A stretch of 33,061 nucleotides of DNA, from the IMG/VR virus record IMGVR_UViG_3300044821_000201; one strand, 5' to 3'. Under the pieces are notes generated by a model. It was not told where the DNA came from, made no database searches, and worked only from the letters and a program-made list of their open reading frames with translations. The translations under genes and the position numbers were made by a program. Origin of the DNA: a virus. The stretch's first letter is position 1, and the number at the start of each line of letters is the position of its first letter. Positions 23,712-31,431 of the stretch are shown piece after piece.

Positions 23712-24415
23712 CAGCCGTTCCACTGCATGCCGTGCAGGAAGCCGTGCCATCCCGTCACCATGATGGACCCGGCGCCGGCCGCGCACGTGTGGCCGCCCTT
23801 CCCGACGTGAAGGTTCCCCTCCTCCGGGCTCCCGGTCACGGTCCAGCAGCGGTGCGCCCTGTCCTCCTTCATCGTGCAGTTCGACGCCCGGCTCGAGATG
23901 TCCCAGCCCTCGCCGTTCGGGCAGACGCCGTGCAGGTGGACCCCGTCGCAGTTGTCCCAGTAGGGGCAGTCGCCGGGGTCGTGCCAGTTCAGCCTGAAGA
24001 CGTCCCCCGGCTCCGGCCTCCCCGACGGGGAGTCGTAGAGCCTGGAGGTGAAGACCTGACGATGGACGTAGGGGCCCGTATCGCCGAGCGATCTCGGAGG
24101 CCCGTCCTCCGCGGGGACAGCGACGCCGCAGTGGGCGCATGCCTGGGGGTAGGCCTCCCGCGGGTGCTCCTCGTCGCGGTCCGGGGTCTTCTCCGTCGAC
24201 CCGATAATGTACGCCGTCTCCCGGAGAAAGGACCTCGCCTCGTGCGAGCCCGTCCCGCCCTTCCCGTACGCGTTCTTGCAGTCGTTCAGGTACTCCCGCC
24301 TCGGGTGTCCCTCGGGGCACTGGCTGCAGGGGTCCATTGCCTTGATGGCCACCATGTCCCAGTAGACACGGAGCTCGTAGCGCGTCCCGATCTCGAGTAT
24401 ATGCCTGGCTCTCAT
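23708..24415 (-). CDS. hypothetical Cys/His/Trp-rich protein
   Basis: Diverse composition unlike the overlapping Arg/Pro-rich alternate frames; co-directional with the sigma factor gene. Confidence 0.5.
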   Translation of the reverse strand: MRARHILEIGTRYELRVYWDMVAIKAMDPCSQCPEGHPRREYLNDCKNAYGKGGTGSHEARSFLRETAYIIGSTEKTPDRDEEHPREAYPQACAHCGVAVPAEDGPPRSLGDTGPYVHRQVFTSRLYDSPSGRPEPGDVFRLNWHDPGDCPYWDNCDGVHLHGVCPNGEGWDISSRASNCTMKEDRAHRCWTVTGSPEEGNLHVGKGGHTCAAGAGSIMVTGWHGFLHGMQWNGC

Positions 24416-24463
24416 GGGAGGAAGTCCGATTAACGTTTTTAACCTGGCTGAAAGATCACGCCG

Positions 24464-25033
24464 TCACAGCAGGTTTGGGACGACCCCCCTGAGCTTTTCT
24501 ATCGCTGCCGAACGTATTTGGGACACCCTCGCCCCGCTGACCCCAAGTTCTTTCCCGATATCTCTTAACTTTTCACCGCGGATATAATGGCCGAAGACGA
24601 TCCGCTTTTCCGTCCAGTTCAGGACTTCGTCCATGGACGTCATCAGGATCCGGATCCAGGTACTTCTATACACTTCTTCCTCAACGTTGGAAGAAGAGGC
24701 AAAACTTTCTTTCTCCATGTCGTCGATGCCGACGAAGACCGGGGCGCGATCGCCTCCTTTGACCGAGGAACGGAAACGGCGTGGTAGCCAGTCCTGGGCG
24801 CGCAGCTCGTCTACGATAGAGCCTCTTATCCTTACTAGTGCGTAGTGCTCAAACCCTGGCCCGGCCTCGGGATGGAACCTGATGGCGTCCCAAAGCCCGG
24901 ACATCGCGGCCGCCAAAAGATCGTCAACACTGACGTGGGATGGCACACGTCGTTTGAAGGCTTTGGCAACGCGCTTCGCCATCGGCGAGTACCGCCTCAG
25001 GAGGTCCATCACGTTCTGATCCATACTGATCAA
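24464..25033 (-). CDS. RNA polymerase sigma factor, sigma-70 family (FliA/SigF-like group)
   Basis: Region 2 DDLLAAAMSGLWDAIRFHPEAGPGFEHYALVRIRGSIVDELR. Region 4 HTH GEKLRDIGKELGVSGARVSQIRSAAIEKLR. Confidence 0.9.
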   Translation of the reverse strand: MISMDQNVMDLLRRYSPMAKRVAKAFKRRVPSHVSVDDLLAAAMSGLWDAIRFHPEAGPGFEHYALVRIRGSIVDELRAQDWLPRRFRSSVKGGDRAPVFVGIDDMEKESFASSSNVEEEVYRSTWIRILMTSMDEVLNWTEKRIVFGHYIRGEKLRDIGKELGVSGARVSQIRSAAIEKLRGVVPNLL

Positions 25034-25173
25034 GATAGCACCCCCATAGGTTTAAAACAATGTGCGTAAACCCTTTCCCCTCAAGAGGGTAGGTTGAAAA
25101 TTAGTCAGGGTGGCCGTGGAGTCCACACTGCCCGACATCCGGAGCTCCAGGATGGCGGAGTGTAGTCTCCGAC

Positions 25174-25449
25174 GTGAGCGGCGCGAAGGTCCACATTGTG
25201 ATCCACGACAACAACGGTGGATGGTCCGGGAATCTCATGCCGGGCGTGGACACGAACGTTCGGCCGTTCTTCGGGCATGTGCTCGGGAATCCGGGGGTCA
25301 GTGCCGTTGGCAAGACTGAGGCTGAGGTTCTCGAAAAGATCAAGGACTCCTTGCTCTTGGCGGTGGACCGGGATCACCCGGTGACGAGAAAGATGGTCGA
25401 GCTCGATCTCGGGGACCACATGCTGGCTCACGACGTGATGAACGGATAA
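25174..25449 (+). CDS. hypothetical protein ending ...LAHDVMNG
   Basis: ORF with GC3 bias. Confidence 0.4.
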   Translation: MSGAKVHIVIHDNNGGWSGNLMPGVDTNVRPFFGHVLGNPGVSAVGKTEAEVLEKIKDSLLLAVDRDHPVTRKMVELDLGDHMLAHDVMNG

Positions 25450-25450
25450 T

Positions 25451-25756
25451 ATGTTCCCTTCAGACCTTCGATTGTGGTTCATATTATGTCGGAAAAGTCT
25501 GCCGAAGGAAAACGTAGAGTGCCTCATGCTCACGAACGAACTCAAGGAAGCTTTCAATATACATATGAGGAGATCACAGGACGAGAGCTTCACAATCTTC
25601 GACGAGCTCTCTGGCCGGGAGATCCGCGTTAAGAAAGAGCTCCTTCTGAAGCGATGCACGGCGTGCGACGAACTCGTGTCCCCGGCCCTGATGAGCAAGC
25701 ACTGCGCGGACAGCGGTGACACCCCGCACCTCGCGCTGGAGGTCATGACTTCCTGA
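25451..25756 (+). CDS. hypothetical protein ending ...LALEVMTS
   Basis: ORF; C-terminal motif variant. Confidence 0.4.
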   Translation: MFPSDLRLWFILCRKSLPKENVECLMLTNELKEAFNIHMRRSQDESFTIFDELSGREIRVKKELLLKRCTACDELVSPALMSKHCADSGDTPHLALEVMTS

Positions 25757-25787
25757 AGCATGCAGTATGAATGTATAGTATAAGAAC

Positions 25788-25861
25788 CCGCCGATAGCTC
25801 AGTGGTAACGAGCAGGGTTCTTATAAAGCTCAGGTCGATGGTTCAATTCCATCTCGGCGGA
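25788..25861 (+). tRNA. tRNA-Ile(TAT)
   Basis: Acceptor ccgccga/tcggcgg. Canonical D-arm TAGCTCAGTGGTAACGAGC. Anticodon arm gggtt-cuUAUaa-agctc. T-arm gatgg-TTCAATT-ccatc. Confidence 0.65.
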
Positions 25862-26684
25862 CAGTGTTAAGGAAGTGTGAGAATTCACGCTCCACAAAAG
25901 CCGGATCAGCTCTTCCGGGATCGTCGATTACATACGATTCATACCCGTATGTCTTAATCTCCTTCATCTTAATCCTGTCACGGTTCTGTACCTGAAGAAC
26001 GGAGTGCTTTGACTTTATCTTTCTCCGGTGCCATGGTCCGTTCCATAAGATGGCCATCTTCAGATCATGAATGATGACGTCCGCGTCCCACCCGTTGAAG
26101 ATCGGGGCGTTGGTCTGGACGTTGTCGAAATGTGCTAAGCACATATCTGCGAACAAGATTTTATTCCTCGAACGAGAGACACTTTGCATTCGCCCGATTC
26201 TTGAGAAAATTTCCTTCTTGCACGGGACACAGAACTTTCTTGAAGAATTTCTTTTGGTCTCGAAAGCAGTCCCGCACCGGCATGTTCGTTGAACAATCTC
26301 GTTCTGCCTTGCTTTCTTACAAGCGTCACATTTGACGGCCGGGGAAAACTTTGAATGTTTAGACGCTTTCCCGCATGTTATGCACCCGATATCTTTCGTC
26401 CCGCTTTTGTCCTTGGACTTGTTGGTGTGAGAGACTGAACAGTTAAGAGAACAGAAATCGTTTCTTCCTTCCTCCATCTCGGAGACATGCTTCATGAAGG
26501 TTATTCCACATTTGAAGCAGAGTATCATTATTTTGGTTACAGCGTCGTTCCCCCTGCAGGCATTACTGCAGAAGTACCTTTCGGAACGTCCTTGTTTTAC
26601 TGCATAGTCTATCTCGGCCTTTCTTCGGACAAACGAGCGCGTGCAGAAAGAACAGGTCAGACTGACGACAGTATTCATGTTCAA
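25830..26684 (-). CDS. Zn-finger-repeat (C-x2-C...FCSxxC x4-5) endonuclease-like protein, probable homing endonuclease
   Basis: Low-GC island. Repeated CxxC...FCSxxC modules shared with the HNH protein at 27313. The 3' end overlaps tRNA-Ile(TAT); C-terminal ...RRDGIEPST is the reverse translation of the tRNA T-arm. Confidence 0.55.
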   Translation of the reverse strand: MNMNTVVSLTCSFCTRSFVRRKAEIDYAVKQGRSERYFCSNACRGNDAVTKIMILCFKCGITFMKHVSEMEEGRNDFCSLNCSVSHTNKSKDKSGTKDIGCITCGKASKHSKFSPAVKCDACKKARQNEIVQRTCRCGTAFETKRNSSRKFCVPCKKEIFSRIGRMQSVSRSRNKILFADMCLAHFDNVQTNAPIFNGWDADVIIHDLKMAILWNGPWHRRKIKSKHSVLQVQNRDRIKMKEIKTYGYESYVIDDPGRADPAFVEREFSHFLNTVRRDGIEPST

Positions 26685-26743
26685 ATAGATGATAGAAAGT
26701 TCAAATCGGAATCAGCTCACTGTAATATGAAGGAGGAGAACAT

Positions 26744-27037
26744 ATGAACAAGACTCAACTGGTGCAGGCGATCGTGGAGATAACGAGCCTCTCGAAGGCG
26801 CAGACGGCCGACACGCTGGACGCGCTCGCCATCGTGGCCGAGAAGTCCCTAAAATCGGACGGGGAGTTCGCCGTCCCGGGGGTCGCGCGCCTGAAGGTGA
26901 AGGACGTCCCGGCCAAGCCGGAGCGCGTCGGCCTCAACCCGTTCACCAAGCTCCAGCAGACCTTTCCGGCCAAGCCGGCGTCGAAGGGCGTCAAGGCCTT
27001 CCCGGCCGCCTCCCTGAAGAAGTCGCTGTCGGAGTGA
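26744..27037 (+). CDS. HU/IHF-family DNA-binding protein
   Basis: MNKTQLVQAIVE... and GLNPFT (compare HU GRNPQT). 97 aa. Strong SD GGAGGAG 7 nt upstream. Confidence 0.85.
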   Translation: MNKTQLVQAIVEITSLSKAQTADTLDALAIVAEKSLKSDGEFAVPGVARLKVKDVPAKPERVGLNPFTKLQQTFPAKPASKGVKAFPAASLKKSLSE

Positions 27038-27213
27038 AGACGGTGAACCTGCACCTCGACGGCGGGAACTACGGCCGAGAGGAGCTCTTCCGTCTCGTGG
27101 AAGGCCGCGAGCACGCCCTGATCTCCGGGTGCGCGCACTGCGGCCGCCCGCTCGGCAGGGTCGGCGACGTGTCGACGCCGGCTGCGTCCCGTGCATTGCG
27201 CGGGACGTCATGA
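27034..27213 (+). CDS. possible small Cys/His protein (59 aa)
   Basis: GTGA overlap with HU stop; below the 60-aa cutoff of the ORF track; weak. Confidence 0.25.
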   Translation: MKTVNLHLDGGNYGREELFRLVEGREHALISGCAHCGRPLGRVGDVSTPAASRALRGTS

Positions 27214-27222
27214 ACAGATAAC

Positions 27223-27294
27223 GGGCTCGTCGTCCAATCGGGAGGACCGCGCTTTCGCAAAGCGCAAACGGAGGTTCGAATCCTCCCGAGTCCA
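27223..27294 (+). tRNA. tRNA-Ala(CGC)
   Basis: Acceptor gggctcg/cgagtcc with G3-U70. D-stem gtcc/ggac. Anticodon arm gcgct-uuCGCaa-agcgc. T-arm ggagg-TTCGAAT-cctcc. Confidence 0.7.
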
Positions 27295-27312
27295 CACTGG
27301 TAGAATACGGGA

Positions 27313-27930
27313 ATGGAGCAATTCCTTCTTCCACCCACCACGTCTACCAGCTACGACGGCCGACAAAGGAAGGTATTCCCGAAACCGTGTGAGCAATGTC
27401 AGACTGTGTTCTGGGCTCCGAAGCATGTGCTCGGAAAGCGTCGACATTGCTCGCTCCAATGCTTCCGCGACTCCAGGAAGAAGAGGGTCAAACTCGTTTG
27501 CGCCTTTTGCGAAACGAGTTTCGAGAGGGTCCTCAACAAAGCGGATAGCCCGAAAGGCGAACACAGGTTCTGCAGTCGCTTCTGCAAAGACAAGGCGCAG
27601 ACAACAGAAGTCGGCTTGATAACGTACCTACACTACAAAGACGGCGTCGCCAACTACAGGGAGAGGGCGCTCCGCATCCACGGGAAAATATGTAAGAGAT
27701 GCGGATACGACGAAGACGAGAGGATGCTCGACGCCCACCATGTGAACGGGGACAGAACGGACCCGAGTCCTGAGAACCTCCGGGTACTTTGCGTCTGGTG
27801 TCACGCCCTGAAGACCAGAGGTGTGGAGGAGCACGAACGGGTTCCTAGTTCAATCGGGAGAACGGCGGTCCTGCAAACCGCAGACGGAGGGTTCGACTCC
27901 CCCGGGATCCACGAAGAGACGGGGTCTTAG
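27313..27930 (+). CDS. HNH endonuclease with N-terminal CxxC...HCSxxC Zn-finger repeats
   Basis: Motif CKRCGYDEDERMLDAHHVNGDRTDPSPENLRVLCVWCHALKT. The 3' end reads through tRNA-Ala(TGC) on the same strand. Confidence 0.8.
   Translation: MEQFLLPPTTSTSYDGRQRKVFPKPCEQCQTVFWAPKHVLGKRRHCSLQCFRDSRKKRVKLVCAFCETSFERVLNKADSPKGEHRFCSRFCKDKAQTTEVGLITYLHYKDGVANYRERALRIHGKICKRCGYDEDERMLDAHHVNGDRTDPSPENLRVLCVWCHALKTRGVEEHERVPSSIGRTAVLQTADGGFDSPGIHEETGS
27839..27911 (+). tRNA. tRNA-Ala(TGC)
   Basis: Acceptor gggttcc/gggatcc with G3-U70. D-arm TAGTTCAATCGGGAGAAC. Anticodon arm gcggt-ccUGCaa-accgc. T-arm gaggg-TTCGACT-ccccc. Confidence 0.6.
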
Positions 27931-27997
27931 CTCATTTGGGTAGAGCGCTTCGCTGGCAGCGAAGAGGCGGCGGGTTCGACTCCCGCAGACTCCACCA
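27921..27997 (+). tRNA. tRNA-Ala(GGC)
   Basis: Acceptor ggggtct/agactcc with G3-U70. D-arm TAGCTCATTTGGGTAGAGC. Anticodon arm cttcg-cuGGCag-cgaag. T-arm gcggg-TTCGACT-cccgc. ACCA encoded. Confidence 0.7.
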
Positions 27998-28051
27998 TGA
28001 AACCAAAGAGAACTCGTACTTCACGGGGCTAATTACAGCGTAAGCTCGTCC

Positions 28052-28453
28052 ATGGACGAGGAGCGAGAGGAGTGCGAGAGGCGCTGGTGGTTCATGTCGT
28101 ACCACGGGGTCCCGGACGGCGGGTCGCCCCTCCCGTGTCTCCCGTCCGCCCCGGGCGCCGTTCCGGATCGGGCCAGGCTCCGGCACTTCCGCGAGCACGG
28201 GAAGGACGAGCACCACGACCCGGCCCGCGCCATGGCCCCGTACGCCCTCATCCTCCAGATGATGATCGAGGACCTGGGCTCCTCGGACCTCCGGTCCGCC
28301 AGGGTGTCCTTCGGGGACGCGCTCGTGGCGGCCTGCTCGAGGCTCAACATCGACCACGTGGCGCTCCCCAAGGACATCCAGGGCGTGCTCCTCCGGAGCG
28401 CCTTCACCATGATAACGAGCGGCGGCATTCCGGGCGCCCCGGAGGCCGGATGA
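28052..28453 (+). CDS. hypothetical protein
   Basis: Protein-like composition; the overlapping frame 28072-28533 is Arg/Pro junk. Confidence 0.45.
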   Translation: MDEEREECERRWWFMSYHGVPDGGSPLPCLPSAPGAVPDRARLRHFREHGKDEHHDPARAMAPYALILQMMIEDLGSSDLRSARVSFGDALVAACSRLNIDHVALPKDIQGVLLRSAFTMITSGGIPGAPEAG

Positions 28454-28456
28454 CAC

Positions 28457-28527
28457 GCCGGCTTAGCACTGGGGAGTGTTCCCGTTTTGTACTCGGGACC
28501 AAGCGGGTTCGACTCCCGTGGCCGGCT
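28457..28527 (+). tRNA. tRNA-Thr(TGT), second copy
   Basis: Acceptor gccggct/ggccggc. D-stem gcac/gtgt. Anticodon loop uuUGUac with U-U at 31:39. T-arm gcggg-TTCGACT-cccgt. Confidence 0.45.
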
Positions 28528-28529
28528 CC

Positions 28530-28838
28530 GTGACGACCTACGACTACGTCTTCAGGGCCGCGGCCGGCATGTACATCGCCCTCTGGGTCATCCGCCTGGC
28601 CAGGGCCGGAGTCCGTCCTTACGTGGCCGTCCCCATAATCGCGGCCATGACCTGGAGCCTGTTCTCCCGGGCCCAGGGCTCAAACTACGTCTTCATAGCC
28701 TGCATGCTCGCCGCCCACGTCTCCATGAGGGGAGGCGGCCGCGGGGGAGGGCTCGGCAAGAAGCTCGCCGCGAGGTGGGACTCCCTGACAGACGTCGTCC
28801 GTTCATCGTTCGGCCGCGACGCCGCGGCCTCATCGTAG
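28530..28838 (+). CDS. small integral membrane protein (3 predicted TM helices)
   Basis: GTG at 28530 just after the tRNA. Hydrophobic segments MYIALWVIRLA, YVAVPIIAAMTWSLF, YVFIACMLAAHV. Confidence 0.4.
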   Translation: MTTYDYVFRAAAGMYIALWVIRLARAGVRPYVAVPIIAAMTWSLFSRAQGSNYVFIACMLAAHVSMRGGGRGGGLGKKLAARWDSLTDVVRSSFGRDAAASS

Positions 28839-28843
28839 ATTAC

Positions 28844-28914
28844 GCCCCCATAGCTCAGTGGTAGAGCTCCGGCATGGTAAGCCGAAGACCCGGGTCCGAT
28901 TCCCGGTGTGGGCT
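28844..28914 (+). tRNA. tRNA-Thr(GGT), second copy
   Basis: Acceptor gccccca/tgtgggc (one mismatch). D-arm TAGCTCAGTGGTAGAGC. Anticodon loop auGGUaa. T-arm ccggg-TCCGATT-cccgg. Confidence 0.5.
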
Positions 28915-28923
28915 CCGTTGTGT

Positions 28924-28994
28924 GCGGGATTGACGTATTGGCTGCGTCTCAGCCTTCCAAGCTGATGAAGCCGGTTCGATTCCGGCATTCCGCT
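28924..28994 (+). tRNA. tRNA-Gly(TCC), second copy
   Basis: Acceptor gcgggat/attccgc. Anticodon arm tcagc-cuUCCaa-gctga. T-arm gccgg-TTCGATT-ccggc. Confidence 0.6.
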
Positions 28995-29001
28995 CTCGTT
29001 C

Positions 29002-29073
29002 GCGACGTTAGTCTAGAGGTCAGGCACTTCCTTGCCAAGGAAGATCACGCGAGTTCGAATCTCGCACGTCGCT
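29002..29073 (+). tRNA. tRNA-Gly(GCC), second copy
   Basis: Acceptor gcgacgt/acgtcgc. Anticodon arm cttcc-uuGCCaa-ggaag. T-arm gcgag-TTCGAAT-ctcgc. Fits canonical numbering. Confidence 0.7.
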
Positions 29074-29090
29074 CCGTACATTCTCCGCGC

Positions 29091-29164
29091 GCGGGTGTAG
29101 CTCAGTGGCAGAGCAGACGGTTCCCATCCTTCAGACAGGGTTTCGATTACCCTCACCCGCTCCA
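29091..29164 (+). tRNA. tRNA-Gly(CCC)
   Basis: Acceptor gcgggtg/cacccgc. D-arm TAGCTCAGTGGCAGAGC. Anticodon loop uuCCCau. T-arm agggt-TTCGATT-accct. CCA encoded. Confidence 0.65.
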
Positions 29165-29165
29165 T

Positions 29166-29236
29166 GTCGACGTGTCCGAATGGCTAGGTGCGGGATTGCA
29201 ACCCCCGTCATGCGGGTTCGATTCCTGCCGTCGACT
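29166..29236 (+). tRNA. tRNA-Cys(GCA), second copy
   Basis: Acceptor gtcgacg/cgtcgac. Anticodon arm cggga-uuGCAac-ccccg. T-arm gcggg-TTCGATT-cctgc. The alternative reading as Ala(TGC) is rejected because there is no G3-U70. Confidence 0.5.
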
Positions 29237-29239
29237 CCG

Positions 29240-29593
29240 ATGAAAACAATGGTCCTACCTCCGGTGAACGATGTTGAGCTCCTCCTCGAGGCCGCGCGCG
29301 ACGCCGTGCCGTCCGTCATGGACCCGCACCCTTGCGCGACCAGCTGTCTCAGGGTCGGCGGGCCGTGCGAGATCCTCCCTAGCGGGAAGTGCGCGGAGTG
29401 CAGCCATGGGCCAACGACCTGCCGCCCGAGGGCGCTCCGCGAGCTCGTCGAGGGAAGGCCGGAGCTCCTGGTCGCCCTGTGCGAGGGCTTCCTCCTGCTC
29501 CGGCGTACGATGGATCACCCGGCTGTCATGGCCGCCGCCCACGCCGCCGCGACCGAGCCCCACAGGACCGTCCTGGCCAAGGAGAAACGCTGA
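29240..29593 (+). CDS. hypothetical Cys-rich protein
   Basis: ATG right after the tRNA-Cys; CATSC...CEILPSGKCAECSHGPTTC. Confidence 0.45.
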   Translation: MKTMVLPPVNDVELLLEAARDAVPSVMDPHPCATSCLRVGGPCEILPSGKCAECSHGPTTCRPRALRELVEGRPELLVALCEGFLLLRRTMDHPAVMAAAHAAATEPHRTVLAKEKR

Positions 29594-29862
29594 TGCCGTA
29601 CGACTACAAGGAACTCCGTCCGAGGATCTTCACCGAGGAGGGGCAGGTCAGGTTCCTCGCCGTCAGGGACCGGGCGCGCGACCTCCTCATGGCCCACGGC
29701 CAGGCGACCCTCGAGCAGCTGATCAACGGGTTCGGCGGAACGAACTGGGACCAGATCGCCTGCGTGGACCGGATGGTCGAGCTCGGCGAGCTCCGGCTGG
29801 TCTCCAAGGGGGAGTCCACCAACTACGACCTCTATCGCGGTAGATGGTCCCAGCCGCGCTGA
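29593..29862 (+). CDS. hypothetical protein
   Basis: TGATG overlap with upstream gene. Confidence 0.45.
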   Translation: MPYDYKELRPRIFTEEGQVRFLAVRDRARDLLMAHGQATLEQLINGFGGTNWDQIACVDRMVELGELRLVSKGESTNYDLYRGRWSQPR

Positions 29863-29863
29863 G

Positions 29864-30577
29864 TCAGGCCCCGCGGGACGCCGCGTACGCCGCCCTCAGT
29901 CGCCTGTAGTCCTCCGCCGGGGCGCCGGCCGACGTGCTCTTGTCCGCCTCCCGGATGGCGTCGTCCAAGGCCATACCGCGCCGCACGAGGTAGCTCGTGT
30001 GCAGAGCCCCGGTCCTGTCGGCCCCGAGCGTGCAGTGGACGTACACGGCCTTCGGCCTGGACGCCGGCGCGGACACCAGGCTCCAGACCAGGCTCACGAG
30101 CCCGGACAGGTCCCACCCGGGGCTCCCGAGGAAGGTCGCGACGTCGCCCCCCTCGGGGAGCCCCTCTATGGGCCACCAGTAGAATGTGGCGGGGACGATG
30201 CCGTCCACGGTCCGGAGCGCGGTCTGGTTCCCGACCCTCGGGTCGTACCCGCTCTGCGCGTAGGGGGGCCAATACCTCTCGCCCGGGGCCTCCAGGCCGA
30301 ACGCGTTCATCTCCGGCTGAAGCATGTAGCGTTCGCCCACACAGTCGATGAGCGATATGTCGACGAGGTCGTAGAAGCTGAGGTCGAAGCGAGCTGACGC
30401 CGAGATCTCGCCGTAGGCGAAGTGCCACGGGTCCCCGGCGAGGGGCATGCATCCGCGGATGAGAACGTTCTTGCCGACCTGGTCGACCTTCCTCACGCGC
30501 TCGGGCAGCCACACCTGTCTGGTCATGCCGGGCGGCGGGATTAAAGGCCGCCGCTGGCGGGGGACCGGTACCGTCAT
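29864..30577 (-). CDS. protein-tyrosine / dual-specificity phosphatase (CX5R active site)
   Basis: P-loop VHCTLGADRTGALHTSYLV matches the (I/V)HCxxGxxR(S/T)G signature; 237 aa. Confidence 0.8.
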   Translation of the reverse strand: MTVPVPRQRRPLIPPPGMTRQVWLPERVRKVDQVGKNVLIRGCMPLAGDPWHFAYGEISASARFDLSFYDLVDISLIDCVGERYMLQPEMNAFGLEAPGERYWPPYAQSGYDPRVGNQTALRTVDGIVPATFYWWPIEGLPEGGDVATFLGSPGWDLSGLVSLVWSLVSAPASRPKAVYVHCTLGADRTGALHTSYLVRRGMALDDAIREADKSTSAGAPAEDYRRLRAAYAASRGA

Positions 30578-30579
30578 CC

Positions 30580-31164
30580 ATGAGGATGAAGACGGACCTG
30601 AGGGAAATGCTGATCCAGGACAATCTCGGCGTGTCCTCCCCCATCTACGACGTCGACGGCGCAGACTACTACGTGATCGGCGCGTCCGGGTTCCCGCAGA
30701 AGGTCATGGGGAATGGGCCGGTCAATGTCCCCCTTCATCCTATGGGCGAACTCAGCGTCGAAGATTCAATAGCGTCATGTATTCTGGCGGCCTGCAAGGA
30801 CCAGGAGTTCCTTCTGGCCGAACATCTGAGGCAGCGCCCGCAAGAGATGAGGCATATTGTTTGGGATGAGTTCGCCAAAAGGGATGTTCCACCGGGCTCG
30901 ATCCTCGTGTCGGCGCTCACGGCCGTGACCATGGGCGAGCTCATGCCGGGCAGCATTTTCGTCCACAGGTCGGTCCCCCATGGGATGGCCGTCTTATGCG
31001 GGGAGCCGCAGTACGTTGGGGCGTACTGCTATGACGACGTCCGCCTCAAGTTCGGGGTGTTCGTCAACGGGAACAATGTTTTCCCGGTGATCGTCCTCGG
31101 GTCGACGGACGTTGACATGGCGCGATCCAGGTATATGGACGTAGTGGAGGTCATGGAGGCGTAG
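30580..31164 (+). CDS. hypothetical protein ending ...MDVVEVMEA
   Basis: ORF; C-terminal motif variant. Confidence 0.45.
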   Translation: MRMKTDLREMLIQDNLGVSSPIYDVDGADYYVIGASGFPQKVMGNGPVNVPLHPMGELSVEDSIASCILAACKDQEFLLAEHLRQRPQEMRHIVWDEFAKRDVPPGSILVSALTAVTMGELMPGSIFVHRSVPHGMAVLCGEPQYVGAYCYDDVRLKFGVFVNGNNVFPVIVLGSTDVDMARSRYMDVVEVMEA

Positions 31165-31193
31165 ATAAGGCCTTCTATGGTGTAGGCTTTCGC

Positions 31194-31406
31194 ATGGGGA
31201 AAGTGTTAGAAGAGTGCAGGTGCGTCCCGGGAGAGGTCTGCTGTCAGAGGGCGACGGACGCCTCGAGGAGAATGCGCGATCTCTTCCCTCTCGCCCTGAA
31301 GGACGGGGACTGGACGGAGTTCGACGATCTGCGGGCCTGGCTCCTCGTCCACCATTTCCCGGAGATGTCCGAGGGCCGGAAGACCGGGACGTTCCGCGCT
31401 GTCTGA
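31194..31406 (+). CDS. hypothetical small Cys-containing protein
   Basis: ORF only. Confidence 0.35.
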   Translation: MGKVLEECRCVPGEVCCQRATDASRRMRDLFPLALKDGDWTEFDDLRAWLLVHHFPEMSEGRKTGTFRAV

Positions 31407-31431
31407 TCCGGCGTAAGGTCTCCCCGAAGAG

